From assembly GCF_041904905.1 (NCBI RefSeq), contig NZ_JAYRMI010000003.1, forward strand, positions 42,370 to 106,369: a stretch of DNA of 64,000 nucleotides, given 5' to 3'. Within the stretch, counting starts at the first letter, position 1, and every line of letters starts with the position of its first letter. The stretch comes from Zoogloea sp. Lineage in GTDB: Bacteria > Pseudomonadota > Gammaproteobacteria > Burkholderiales > Rhodocyclaceae. Positions 27,273 through 36,805 of the stretch are shown here, in pieces. Below the pieces are notes generated by a model. That model ran no database searches. It had not been told where the DNA came from and saw nothing but the letters and a program-made list of their open reading frames with translations. The translations under genes were made by a program, and so were the position numbers.

Positions 27273-27947
27273 TCAGGCGTCGCCGGGCGTCGGCAGCGCA
27301 CCCGCCGGGGCCAGAAAACCCGCCACCACGAAGGGGCGCAGGCGGGCCATGATGCCTTCCGGGTTGCCGGCGTCGGCGAGGGCGTAGGTTTCGGTCATCC
27401 GCATCACATCCTTTCCGGCCATCGCGTAGGCGACGATACCGACGAAGAAGTACATCCGCCACACCACATCGTCCTGACTGAGGTGGGGCAAGGTGCGCAT
27501 GAAGGCCTGGCGGTAGCGGTCCACCGCCTCCCGGTATTCAGCCGGAAAGTAGGCCTCGGTGCCCGGGCCGGGCTCGTAGAAGGCGCGGCCGATGAGCTGC
27601 TTGAAGACCTCGCCCGAGATGGTGTCCTTGCGGGTGAGGCGCAGGGCCGACGACAGGAAGGCATCCACCAGCACGTCGACCGCGATGGGCTGGCCGGCGG
27701 CGTCGAGTTCGAGCTTGTCGAGGTAGCTCACCCGGCTGCCGCCGCGGCTGCCCAGGGCACGCTCGTACACCGCCTCCATCAGCCCCTGCTTGGTGCCAAA
27801 GTGGTAGTTGACCAGCGCCACCGGCACCCCGGCGGCGCCGGTAATCATGCGGATCGAGGTGGCGGCGTAGCCGTTTTCCATGAACAGCCGCTCGGCGGCG
27901 TCGAGGATGCGGGTCTTGGCGTCGGGGGTGGAGTCGAGGCGCGGCAT
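27273..27947 (-). CDS. TetR-family regulator, PsrA-like paralog
   Basis: TRILDAAERLFMENGY...GVPVALVNYHFGTK HTH; C-terminal VVWRMYFFVG resembles the PsrA WRxHF motif. Confidence 0.9.
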   Translation of the reverse strand: MPRLDSTPDAKTRILDAAERLFMENGYAATSIRMITGAAGVPVALVNYHFGTKQGLMEAVYERALGSRGGSRVSYLDKLELDAAGQPIAVDVLVDAFLSSALRLTRKDTISGEVFKQLIGRAFYEPGPGTEAYFPAEYREAVDRYRQAFMRTLPHLSQDDVVWRMYFFVGIVAYAMAGKDVMRMTETYALADAGNPEGIMARLRPFVVAGFLAPAGALPTPGDA

Positions 27948-28002
27948 GGGCTTCAAACGAGAACCGGCGCCGGAAAGCCCGACGCCGGGTTGGAACGGCA
28001 GA

Positions 28003-29295
28003 TCAGAAGGCCATCGAGTACTGGGCGCCGAGAATCCACACGCGGGCGTCGTACACGCCCTTGACGTAGCCGCGACCGTCGGCGCTCTGGTTGTTGTCGA
28101 TGTGGGATTCGCCCACGCGCAGGTAAGCCGCGCCCAGATCGAGCAGCGAATCCTTGGTGACCTTGAACTGCGCACCGCCGGACAGCCAGGTGCGGTTGCT
28201 GTCGGGCAGGGAGACGAGGCGATGCTGGTCGCTCTGCACCGGGGTCTGGTCGTAGGCCACGCCGAACTTCAGCTTGACCTGCTCGTTGAGGCGGTAGTTC
28301 GCGCCCAGGGCGAAGCGCCAGGTGTCGCGGAACTTGGTGTCGAGGGTCTGCACGGTGACGCCGTTGAGGGCGCCGGCGGTGCGCACGATGTCCACCTTCG
28401 GGATGCTGCTCCAGCCCGTCCAGGAGACGTCGCCGAGCATCTCCCACTTGTCGCTCAAGGTCTGCGCCACGCTCAGGATGAAGGTTTCGGGCAGCTCGAC
28501 GTCGGCCTTCGCCGCGCCGGTGGTGAGGGCGGCGTTGGCCCCGGCGGCCGGGCCGCTGACGGACAGGTCGCCCTTCAGATCGTGCTTGATCGAGGAGCGG
28601 TAGGACACGCCCACCTTGGTCGTCGGGCTGAGGGTGAACAGCGCGCCCACGTTCCAGCCCCAGGCGTCGTTGTCGGCCGACAGGGTGGCGGAGGTTCCCG
28701 CGACGTTGAGCGGCGAGACGGGGCCGATGGCCGCCCGACGGATGTACTCCACCTTCATCTTCTGGTAGTTGAGGCCGCCACCCACCGAGACCTTGTCGTT
28801 GATGCGGTAAGCCAGGCTGGGGTTGAGGTTCATCGTCTTGATGTCGAACTTGATCGCCTGAGCCGCCCCCACCCAGGGATCGTTGTACTCGGTGACCTGC
28901 CCGAAAGGCGCGCCGATGCCGAGGCCGGCGTAGAGGTTCTTGGTCAGCGCCCACGACATGTAGGCGTTGGGGATGAAGGCCCAGCTGCCGGCATCGTTGC
29001 CCTCACCTGCCGAAGCAAAGGCGCCAAGGCTCGACGACCCTCTGTCACTGAACTTGAAGGTCGGGCGCACGGCCGACATGCCGACCGAAATCTCGCGATC
29101 CTTCAGCTGGGTCATGCCGGCCGGGTTGAAGAAGATCGTGCTGGCGTTCTCGGCGACGGCCGCCGAGCCCGCGTAGGCGTTGGCGATACCGCTGGCGTTC
29201 TGCTCGAGCAGCTGGAAGCCGGCGGCGGATGCCTGGCCGCTGGCCAGACCGGCGGCCAGCAGGGGGATCAGGCGGGCGATGGTTTTCATTTTCAT
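28003..29295 (-). CDS. fadL: Long-chain fatty-acid outer-membrane transporter (FadL/OmpP1/TodX)
   Basis: Signal peptide then AGFQLLEQNASGIANAYAG; NASTIFFNPAGMT; FRDTWRFALG; LPDSNRTW; terminal Phe. Confidence 0.94.
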   Translation of the reverse strand: MKMKTIARLIPLLAAGLASGQASAAGFQLLEQNASGIANAYAGSAAVAENASTIFFNPAGMTQLKDREISVGMSAVRPTFKFSDRGSSSLGAFASAGEGNDAGSWAFIPNAYMSWALTKNLYAGLGIGAPFGQVTEYNDPWVGAAQAIKFDIKTMNLNPSLAYRINDKVSVGGGLNYQKMKVEYIRRAAIGPVSPLNVAGTSATLSADNDAWGWNVGALFTLSPTTKVGVSYRSSIKHDLKGDLSVSGPAAGANAALTTGAAKADVELPETFILSVAQTLSDKWEMLGDVSWTGWSSIPKVDIVRTAGALNGVTVQTLDTKFRDTWRFALGANYRLNEQVKLKFGVAYDQTPVQSDQHRLVSLPDSNRTWLSGGAQFKVTKDSLLDLGAAYLRVGESHIDNNQSADGRGYVKGVYDARVWILGAQYSMAF

Positions 29296-29410
29296 GGTGT
29301 CTCCTCACGTGGGCGCTGTCGTTGTACAAGCCTCGGGCTGCGCGAGGTCCCGGGCCTTTACGCTGGGCGAATCCGCTGGGGATTCGCGGCAAGGGTGTCG
29401 TTCGATTTCG

Positions 29411-29428
29411 TTCAGACGTTCGTTTCAG
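29411..29428. promoter_or_regulatory. PsrA-like operator upstream of fadL
   Basis: TTCAGACG-TT-CGTTTCAG versus TTCAAACG-N2-CGTTTGAA (3 mismatches); overlaps the thioesterase stop, about 116 bp upstream of fadL. Confidence 0.45.
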
Positions 29429-29819
29429 GCGGAATTTCCCGCTTCTGCCCGCTCTTGTCCACTGCCACGTAGGTGAGCACGGCTTCGGTCACCTTCACGA
29501 CGATGGGGTGCTCCGGGTTGCGCTCGGCGTACACCGCCACATCGACGGTGATCGAGCTCCGCCCGACCTTGATGATCTCGGCGTAGAAGCTAACGATGTC
29601 GCCCACCGACACCGGCTGCTTGAACAGGAAGGAGTTGACCGCGATGGTGGCCACCCGGCCACGGGCCCGCTTGATGGCCGGCACGGCGCCGGCGATATCC
29701 ACCTGGGCCATGATCCAGCCGCCGAACACGTCGCCGGACGGGTTGAGATCGGCCGGCATCGGCATCACCCGCAGGACCGGCATCTGGCCTGGCGGAAGCT
29801 GGGTGGGTTGATTGCACAT
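29412..29819 (-). CDS. Acyl-CoA thioesterase (hot-dog fold, YciA-like)
   Basis: MPADLNPSGDVFGGWIMAQVDIAG; FKQPVSVGD; TYVAVD. Confidence 0.92.
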   Translation of the reverse strand: MCNQPTQLPPGQMPVLRVMPMPADLNPSGDVFGGWIMAQVDIAGAVPAIKRARGRVATIAVNSFLFKQPVSVGDIVSFYAEIIKVGRSSITVDVAVYAERNPEHPIVVKVTEAVLTYVAVDKSGQKREIPPETNV

Positions 29820-29840
29820 GGGGTGACTCCTCGGGTGGGT

Positions 29841-31772
29841 TCAGCCGGCGCTGCCGGCGCGGGACAGGTTCAGCGGCCCGCCGGTGAAGGGCGGAAAGCC
29901 CGTGCCGAATATAACCCCGGCGTCGGCCAGATCGGCGTCCTCGACCACGCCTTTTTCCACGCAGGCCCGGGCCGCCGCCAGCAGCGGCGCGGCGATCCGC
30001 TCGGCGAGCCCGGCCGGCGGGGCACCGGCGGCGGCCTTCTTCGCCTTGCCATCGACCCACGGGTAAAAGCCCTGCCCGCTCTTCTTGCCAAGCTGGCCGG
30101 CGGCCACGCGGTCGGCCAGCGCCCGGGGCAGCACCGCGTCGGGGCCGGCCAGCGTCTTGCCGGCGGCCACCGCGATGTCGAGGCCGACGGTGTCCATCAG
30201 CTCCACCGGCCCCATCGGCATGCCGTAGGCCACCAGCGCGGCGTCGATGGTCTCGGGGGCGACGCCCTCGTCCACGCAGCGCAGCGCCTCGTACATGTAA
30301 GGCCCGAGCACCGCGTTGACCAGGAAGCCCGGCTCGTCCTTCACCGGCAGGGGCAGCTTGTCGAGCTGACGCACGAAGGCGGCGGCGCGGCGATAGGGTT
30401 CGTCGGCCGACACCGCGCTCTTCACCACCTCGACGAGCGGCAGCACCGCCACCGGGTTGAAGAAGTGGATGCCCACCAGCCGGCTCGGGTCGGCCAGCGC
30501 GGTGGCGATGTCGCCGATGCGCAGGCTGGAGGTGTTGGAAGCCAGCACGGCGTCGGGCCGGGCACGCTTTTCGATGTCGGCGAAGAGGGCGCGCTTGGCC
30601 TCGAGGTTCTCGAAGATGGCCTCGACGATGAGGTCGGCCTGGGCCACGCCGGCGCCGGCCGGGTCGGGGATCAGCCGATCCAGCGCAAAGCGCGCCTCCC
30701 GCGGCTTGCCGCGGAACTTGCGCTCGATGCGCTTGCCGGCGCGGGCGATGGCCGGGGCGATGCGTTCGACGGATTGATCCTGCAGGGTCACGATCATCCC
30801 GCGCAGCGCGCATTCGGTGGCGATGTCGCCGCCCATCGCGCCGGCGCCCACCACGTGCACGCGCCTGGGCGAGAAATCCGCGCCCTTGCCGAAGCCCTTC
30901 ATGCGCTCCTGCAGGAAGAAGACGCGGATCAGGTTCCTGGCGGTTTGCGAGCGGAAGATCGCCTCCAGCGACGAGGGCGAGCTGGCCGGCACCGCCAGCG
31001 CATTGCCGCCGTGGCGGGCCCAGATGTCGACGATCGCGTAGGGCGCGGGGTAGTGCTCCGGCCGCGCCTTGCTGGCCACCTGTTTGCGGGCCTTGCTGGC
31101 GACGATGCCGGCGAGCGGGCCGTTCAGGAGGCGCTGCAAGAAGGGCAGCCGGCGCGGCGCGCGGCCGGAGCGCACCAGCATCCGCGCGGCGTTGTCCATC
31201 ACCCGGGCGGGCACGGCTTCGTCGGCAAGGCCGAGGCGCTTCGCCTTGCGGGCATCCACGCCCTTGCCGGTGAGCATCAGGTCCAGCGCCGCCGCCGGGC
31301 CGATGAGCTGCGGCAGCCGCAGCATGCCGCCCCAGGCCGGGTAGATGCCCAGCATCACCTCGGGCAGCGCCATGCGGGTGCCGGGCTCGTCCACCGCGAT
31401 GCGGTAGCGGCAGGCCAGCGCCAGCTCCAGGCCGCCGCCCATGCAGTGCCCGCGCACCAGCGCCAGCGTGGGGTAAGCCACCGCGGCGAGGCGGTTGAAG
31501 AGCCTCCAGCCCCGCTCCACCAGCACCCGCGCCGCGGCGGCGGAGTCGATGGCGGTGAACTCCTCGATGTTGGCCCCGGCGATGAAGCCGGCCGCCTTGC
31601 CCGAGCGGATCACCAACCCCTTGGGCGGCTGGCGGTCGAGGGCGTCGAGGAGCTGGCCCAGTTCGTCCATCGCCGCAAAGCCAAGGGTGTTGGTGGTCGA
31701 GCCGGCCACGTCGAGGGTGGCAAAAGCGATACCGTCTGCGTCGCATTCGAGCTTCCAGTGTGTCATGTTCAT
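29841..31772 (-). CDS. Multifunctional enoyl-CoA hydratase / 3-hydroxyacyl-CoA dehydrogenase (FadJ/FadB-like)
   Basis: FIAGANI, GGGLELALAC, LPEVMLG, VVGAGAMG, ASNTSS, GIHFFNP. ATGA overlap with the thiolase stop. Confidence 0.93.
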   Translation of the reverse strand: MNMTHWKLECDADGIAFATLDVAGSTTNTLGFAAMDELGQLLDALDRQPPKGLVIRSGKAAGFIAGANIEEFTAIDSAAAARVLVERGWRLFNRLAAVAYPTLALVRGHCMGGGLELALACRYRIAVDEPGTRMALPEVMLGIYPAWGGMLRLPQLIGPAAALDLMLTGKGVDARKAKRLGLADEAVPARVMDNAARMLVRSGRAPRRLPFLQRLLNGPLAGIVASKARKQVASKARPEHYPAPYAIVDIWARHGGNALAVPASSPSSLEAIFRSQTARNLIRVFFLQERMKGFGKGADFSPRRVHVVGAGAMGGDIATECALRGMIVTLQDQSVERIAPAIARAGKRIERKFRGKPREARFALDRLIPDPAGAGVAQADLIVEAIFENLEAKRALFADIEKRARPDAVLASNTSSLRIGDIATALADPSRLVGIHFFNPVAVLPLVEVVKSAVSADEPYRRAAAFVRQLDKLPLPVKDEPGFLVNAVLGPYMYEALRCVDEGVAPETIDAALVAYGMPMGPVELMDTVGLDIAVAAGKTLAGPDAVLPRALADRVAAGQLGKKSGQGFYPWVDGKAKKAAAGAPPAGLAERIAAPLLAAARACVEKGVVEDADLADAGVIFGTGFPPFTGGPLNLSRAGSAG

Positions 31773-33052
31773 CCCAGGGCCTCCACCAGCATTGCGCCAC
31801 CCAGACCGCCGCCGATGCAGATGCTGGCGATCCCCCGCTTGCCGCCCGTGCGCCGCAGGGCGTGGAGCAGGTGCAGCACGATGCGCGCCCCGCTCGCCCC
31901 CACCGGATGGCCCAGCGCCACGGCGCCGCCATCCACGTTGAGCTTCGCCGGGTCGATGGGGCCCAGCGCGCCAGGCAGGCCCAGGCGCGTGCGGCAGTAG
32001 TCGTCGTTCTGCCACGCCTTGAGACAGGCGATGACCTGGGCGGCGAAGGCTTCGTTGATCTCCCACAGGTCGATGTCGTCGCGCCCGAGGCGGTTGCGCA
32101 CGAGGATCGGCGAGGCGGCGTGCACCGGGCCCAGGCCCATCCGCTCGGGCTCCAGCCCGGCCCATTCGGCATCCACGATGCGCCCGATGGGTTCGAGCCC
32201 GTGGCGCTGCACGGCCTCTTCCGAGGCCAGGATGAGCCACGCGGCGCCGTCGGTGATCTGGGAGCTGTTGCCGGGCGTGACCCGGCCGTACTGCTTGTCG
32301 AAGAAGGGCTTGAGCTTGGCGAGGCCGGCCATCGAGGCATCCCGGCGCAGGCCGTCGTCGGCGCCGTACACCGTGCCGTCCTGGTCGATGAGCGGCACGA
32401 TCTCGGCGAAATGGCCGGCATCCTGGGCGGCGGCCACGCGGCGGTGGCTCTCCACCGCGAAGGCGTCCATGTCGTCGCGGGCGATGCCGAACTCGAAGGC
32501 CAGGTTCTCGGCGGTCTGGCCCATGAGCTGGCCGACGATGGGGTCGGTGAGGCCCTTCATGATACCGATTACCGGCGCCAGATAGCCAAATTTGAATCGC
32601 TTTACCATCGCCAGCTTCTGGCCCAGGCTGCGGGCGCCCATCCAGCCGGCGAACCAGCGCACCATGGGGTCGGAGTACAGCAGCGGCGCCCGCGAGAGGG
32701 CATCCACGCCACCGGCCAGCACCAGTTGCGCGCGCCCGCGCTGGATGTTGGCGATGGCCGAGTCGATGGCCTGCATGCCGGACGCGCAGTTGCGCATCAC
32801 CGTCCAGCCCGGCACCTCGATGCCGCAGCCCATGCGCAGGGCCACCACGCGGCCGATGTTCACCTCGTCGGGCGAGGGCGCGGCGCAGCCCAGGATCACC
32901 TCGTCGAGCTGGTCCGGCGCAAAGCGCTGGCGGGCGAGCAGCGCGCTGCCGGCGGCGGTGGCCAAATCCGACGCCGCGAACGGCCCCGGCGCGTTGCGGG
33001 CCTTGAGGAAGGGCGTGCGCGCCCCGTCGATGATGTAGATCGGCTGGTTCAT
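31769..33052 (-). CDS. Acetyl-CoA acyltransferase (FadI-like thiolase)
   Basis: GARTPF, MRNCASG, TPGNSSQITDGA, NEAFA, GHPVGASG, SICIGGG. Confidence 0.93.
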   Translation of the reverse strand: MNQPIYIIDGARTPFLKARNAPGPFAASDLATAAGSALLARQRFAPDQLDEVILGCAAPSPDEVNIGRVVALRMGCGIEVPGWTVMRNCASGMQAIDSAIANIQRGRAQLVLAGGVDALSRAPLLYSDPMVRWFAGWMGARSLGQKLAMVKRFKFGYLAPVIGIMKGLTDPIVGQLMGQTAENLAFEFGIARDDMDAFAVESHRRVAAAQDAGHFAEIVPLIDQDGTVYGADDGLRRDASMAGLAKLKPFFDKQYGRVTPGNSSQITDGAAWLILASEEAVQRHGLEPIGRIVDAEWAGLEPERMGLGPVHAASPILVRNRLGRDDIDLWEINEAFAAQVIACLKAWQNDDYCRTRLGLPGALGPIDPAKLNVDGGAVALGHPVGASGARIVLHLLHALRRTGGKRGIASICIGGGLGGAMLVEALG

Positions 33053-33060
33053 GGCGGGGC

Positions 33061-35538
33061 TCAGGCGGCCTGCTGCTGGGGGTCGGTGAGCTTGGCGAGC
33101 GCGTCGCGCAGGCCGAAGTCGTAGGGGAAGTCGTCCACCCGGATCACCTTGTCGCGCAGCGCGCCGCGGCAGTGGATCAGGCGATGCTCGTCGTCGCCGA
33201 TGACGCCGGCGGCAAGGGCCGCGTCGTACAGCGCATCCACGCCGCCATTCACCAGCAGGCCGGGCTTGAACTCGCCGCGCTTGATCGCCTGGCGCACCTT
33301 GGCCTCGACGGGTTCGGCGGCGAGGGTGGCCAGCAGCGCGGCCTCCAGCGCGCCGACGGGCTCTTCCAGATCCCTCGGCAGATGCACGTCGGCGGTGAGC
33401 CGGTCGCGGGTTTCGGAGGGGTTGATGAGCAGGGTCGCCACCTCGTGGCCCAGCTTGTCGGACGGCACCACGTAGGGCCGGCCCAGGGGGAAGACCACCA
33501 CCCGGCGCAGCAGCAGCGCGAAGAAGCGGTTGGGGAAGTTGGCGATCACGCCCTCGAAGGCGCTCTGGATCTTGAACATGCAGTCCCAGATCGCCCAGTG
33601 GAGCAGCGGCAGATCGGCCTGCTGGCGGCCTTCGTCCTCGAAGCGCTTGAGGGTGGCCGACGCCAGATACATCAGCGAGAGGATGTCGCCCAGGCGGGCC
33701 GAGAGCTTCTCCTTGCGCTTGAGCGCGCCGCCCAGGGTGCCCATCGAGATGTCGGCGATGAAGGCAAACGCGGCCGAGAAGCGGGTGAGCTGCTGGTAGT
33801 AGCGGCGCACCTCCGGCGCCACGCCGTCCGGCACCGCCACGAAATGCGAGCCGGTAACGCCCATCGCCAGCGCCCGGGCGGCGTTATTGACGGTGTAGCC
33901 GATGTGGCCCCAGAAGGCGTCGTCGAAGGCGGCGAGATCGCCGCTGCGGGCGGCGTCCATTTCCTTCAGCACATACGGGTGGCAGCGGATCGCGCCCTGG
34001 CCGAAGAGGATCAGGCTGCGGGTGAGGATGTTGGCGCCTTCCACGGTGATGCCCACCGGCACCTGCTGGTAGGCGCGGCCCAGGAAATTCTGCGGGCCCA
34101 GGCAGATGCCCTTGCCGCCGATCACGTCCATGCCGTCATTCACCGATTGCCGGGCGCGTTCGGTGACGTGGTATTTGACGATGGCCGACACGACGGACGG
34201 CTTCTCGCCCAGGTCGATGGCGCCGGCAGTCATCACCCGCGCGGCGTCGCACAGGTAGGCGTTGGCGCCGATGCGGGTGAGTGCTTCCTCGACGCCCTCG
34301 AACTTGCCCACCGCCGTCTTGAACTGGTAGCGCACGCGGGCATAGGCGCCCACCGCGCGGGCCGTCATCTTGAGCATGCCGGTGTTGGAGCCGGGCAGCG
34401 AGATCGACCGCCCGGCCGCCAGGCACTCCATCAGCATCCGCCAGCCCTGCCCCGCCATCTTCGGCCCGCCGATGATGAACTCCAGGGGCATGAACACGTC
34501 CTTGCCGCGGATCGGGCCGTTCATCCACACCGCGTTGAGCGGGAAGTGGCGCCGGCCAATATCCACGCCCGGGTGATCGTGAGGCACCAGCGCGCAGGTG
34601 ATGCCCAGGTCTTCCACGTCGCCCAGCAGGTGCATCGGGTCGTACAGGCGGAAGGCCAGCCCGAACACCGTGCACACCGGCGCCAGGGTGATGTAGCGCT
34701 TGTCGAAGCTCACGCGCATCCCCAGCACCTCGCGGCCCTGGTAAATGTCGCGGCAGATCACGCCCGAATCGGGGATCGACGCCGCATCCGAACCCGCCCA
34801 CGGGCTGGTGAGCGCAAAGGCCGGGATGTCCTGCCCGCTGGCAAGGCGCGGCAGGTAGTAGCGCTTCTGCTCCGGCGTGCCGTAGTGCAGCAGCAGCTCG
34901 GCCGGGCCCAGGGAGTTGGGCACCATCACGGTGACGGCCGGCGCCGACGAGCGGGTGGACAGCTTGGTAACCACCTGCGAATGGGCGTAGGCCGAAAAGC
35001 CCTTGCCGCCAAACTCCTTGGGGATAATCATCCCCAGGAAGCCCTTCTCCTTGATGTAACGCCACACTTCGGCCGGCATGTCCTGCTGCTGGGTGCAATC
35101 CCAATCCTTGGTCAGGCGGCACAGCTCATCGGTCTCCACATCCAGAAAGCGCTGCTCCTCGGGCGTCAGCGTGGGCCTGGGGAAGGCCAGCAGGCGGCGC
35201 CAGTCCGGCTTGCCGGCAAACAGCTCGCCCTCCCACCACACCGTGCCGGCCTCCAGCGCGTCCTTTTCGGTCTGCGACATGGAAGGCAGCGCCTTGCGGA
35301 AGGGCTTGAAGATCTGCGCCGTCACCAGCCCGCGGCGCGCGCCGGGCAGCAGGAAGACCGCCCCGATCACCGCCACCGCGGCCGCCACGCCGGCGGTCAG
35401 CGCCACCGGCCACGCGGCCAACCAGCCGAGCGCCGCAATCCACGCCAGCCCCACCCCATACCAGGCAAAAAAAGGCGCTCGCCCGTAGGCGAGCGCGACC
35501 ACCAGGGGAGGGAGGGAAACCAGAAACCAGTAAGCCAT
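33061..35538 (-). CDS. fadE: Acyl-CoA dehydrogenase FadE (long form)
   Basis: N-terminal TM helices; MSQTEKDALEAGTVWWEGELF; VMVPNSLGPAELLLHYGT; FALTSPWAGSDA; ITVEGANILTRSLI; DUF1974-like C-terminus. Confidence 0.95.
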   Translation of the reverse strand: MAYWFLVSLPPLVVALAYGRAPFFAWYGVGLAWIAALGWLAAWPVALTAGVAAAVAVIGAVFLLPGARRGLVTAQIFKPFRKALPSMSQTEKDALEAGTVWWEGELFAGKPDWRRLLAFPRPTLTPEEQRFLDVETDELCRLTKDWDCTQQQDMPAEVWRYIKEKGFLGMIIPKEFGGKGFSAYAHSQVVTKLSTRSSAPAVTVMVPNSLGPAELLLHYGTPEQKRYYLPRLASGQDIPAFALTSPWAGSDAASIPDSGVICRDIYQGREVLGMRVSFDKRYITLAPVCTVFGLAFRLYDPMHLLGDVEDLGITCALVPHDHPGVDIGRRHFPLNAVWMNGPIRGKDVFMPLEFIIGGPKMAGQGWRMLMECLAAGRSISLPGSNTGMLKMTARAVGAYARVRYQFKTAVGKFEGVEEALTRIGANAYLCDAARVMTAGAIDLGEKPSVVSAIVKYHVTERARQSVNDGMDVIGGKGICLGPQNFLGRAYQQVPVGITVEGANILTRSLILFGQGAIRCHPYVLKEMDAARSGDLAAFDDAFWGHIGYTVNNAARALAMGVTGSHFVAVPDGVAPEVRRYYQQLTRFSAAFAFIADISMGTLGGALKRKEKLSARLGDILSLMYLASATLKRFEDEGRQQADLPLLHWAIWDCMFKIQSAFEGVIANFPNRFFALLLRRVVVFPLGRPYVVPSDKLGHEVATLLINPSETRDRLTADVHLPRDLEEPVGALEAALLATLAAEPVEAKVRQAIKRGEFKPGLLVNGGVDALYDAALAAGVIGDDEHRLIHCRGALRDKVIRVDDFPYDFGLRDALAKLTDPQQQAA

Positions 35539-35589
35539 GAGATGTCTCCTCGCGTGCGGTGCCGTCGATCGCGGCCCGCATCCGTTTCT

Positions 35590-36258
35590 TTATGGGTTCG
35601 AACCAAAATCCGCCAGCGGCGCCCGAAGGCCGCCCAGCAGGAAGCTCATCAGCCGCGGCACCAGACGCGACGGGTGCTCGTCATCAAATTTGCCGGTGAC
35701 AAGTTGCAGCGCGTCGGTGCCGGCGATGGCGTAGGACATGGCGCCCATCATGAAGTGGAAGCGCCACAGGATCTCCTTGCGCTCCACCTCGGGCAGCGCC
35801 CGGTACAGCGCCGACAGGAAACGCTCGACGCACTCGGCGTACTCCTCGGCCAGAAACTTGCGCACGAACTCGTTGGGCTCGGTGTAGGTGCGCCCGAGCA
35901 GGCACATGAAGGTGTGCCCGCCGCCCTCCACATCCGCCGCCATCCGCAGCGCGGTGCCGAAGAAGGCATCGACGATGCGGCTCGGCTTGAGCGGCGCCCC
36001 GGCCGCCTCGGCCTCCATCGCGTCCAGCACCGCCACGCGCGCGTTGTTGAGGGCCGTGAGCCGCCGCCGGAAGACCTCCTGGATCAGCAGCTCCTTGGAG
36101 CCGAAGTGGTAATTGACCGCGGCCAGATTGACCCCGGCGCTGCCGGTAATCATGCGCATCGACGTCCCGTCGAAGCCATGTTCCATGAACAGCACCTCGG
36201 CCGCATCGAGGATGCGGCTGCGGGTATCGGGCGAAGTCTTGGCGGAATCGTCGCGCAT
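35590..36258 (-). CDS. psrA: TetR-family fatty-acid regulator, PsrA-like
   Basis: RILDAAEVLF...GVNLAAVNYHFGSK HTH; ILWRFHFMMGA; heads the fadE operon; PsrA-type box in its promoter. Confidence 0.82.
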   Translation of the reverse strand: MRDDSAKTSPDTRSRILDAAEVLFMEHGFDGTSMRMITGSAGVNLAAVNYHFGSKELLIQEVFRRRLTALNNARVAVLDAMEAEAAGAPLKPSRIVDAFFGTALRMAADVEGGGHTFMCLLGRTYTEPNEFVRKFLAEEYAECVERFLSALYRALPEVERKEILWRFHFMMGAMSYAIAGTDALQLVTGKFDDEHPSRLVPRLMSFLLGGLRAPLADFGSNP

Positions 36259-36291
36259 GGGCGTGACCTCGAAAGAGGGCTGACGGGGCAA

Positions 36292-36311
36292 AATCAAACA
36301 GACGTTTTAAT
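36292..36311. promoter_or_regulatory. PsrA-type operator
   Basis: AATCAAACA-GA-CGTTTTAAT, matching the CAAAC-N4-GTTT core; a second imperfect copy follows at 36309-36328. Confidence 0.62.
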
Positions 36312-36475
36312 CATACGTTTAGTTTGATCGAAGTCAACTGTTTTGCCGGTTGCGCAGCGCGGGCCGCCCCCGCCGCAACGCGATCGCCCAGGCAACCCAG
36401 GACACGTCAGCCTCAGGCGGCTAAAATCGCGCGCTGCACGACCACACTCAAGCGCACCGCCCTGCAGCCAACGCC

Positions 36476-36790
36476 ATGAGCTTCCGCGACATCGACGACC
36501 CCAAGGCCATCCGCGCCGCGATGGCCGAATTCGACCGGCTTGGTCAGGCCGGCTTTCTGGAAAAATACGGGTTCCACAAGGCGCGGGAATATCTGCTGCG
36601 CGACGGCGCGACGGGGCGCCTCTACGACTCGAAGGCCATCGTCGGGGCGGCGCATGGCTACGCCTTTCCCGAGCGCGGTCCGCTCACGCCGAAGGACTTC
36701 TGCGGCGGCAGGACGACCGTCGCCGCGCTGCTTGACGGCCTGGGCTTTGAGGTGGTCCGTGTCCGCGGCGGTCGCGGCGCGACGCGCTGA
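36476..36790 (+). CDS. Stand-alone ScoMcrA-like N-terminal head domain protein
   Basis: AIRAAMAEFDRLG..FLEKYGF..AREYLL...GRLYDSKAIVGAAHGY...FCGG...VAALL..LGFEV parallels the recalled N-terminus of the Streptomyces type IV restriction enzyme ScoMcrA. Confidence 0.78.
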   Translation: MSFRDIDDPKAIRAAMAEFDRLGQAGFLEKYGFHKAREYLLRDGATGRLYDSKAIVGAAHGYAFPERGPLTPKDFCGGRTTVAALLDGLGFEVVRVRGGRGATR

Positions 36791-36805
36791 CGAGGCCCCC
36801 GCCCC

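Noticed and set aside
17110-36327. Plus-strand ORFs of 637, 910, 530, 923 and 1051 aa
   Set aside because: Antisense shadows of the fatty-acid genes, with low-complexity, motif-free translations.
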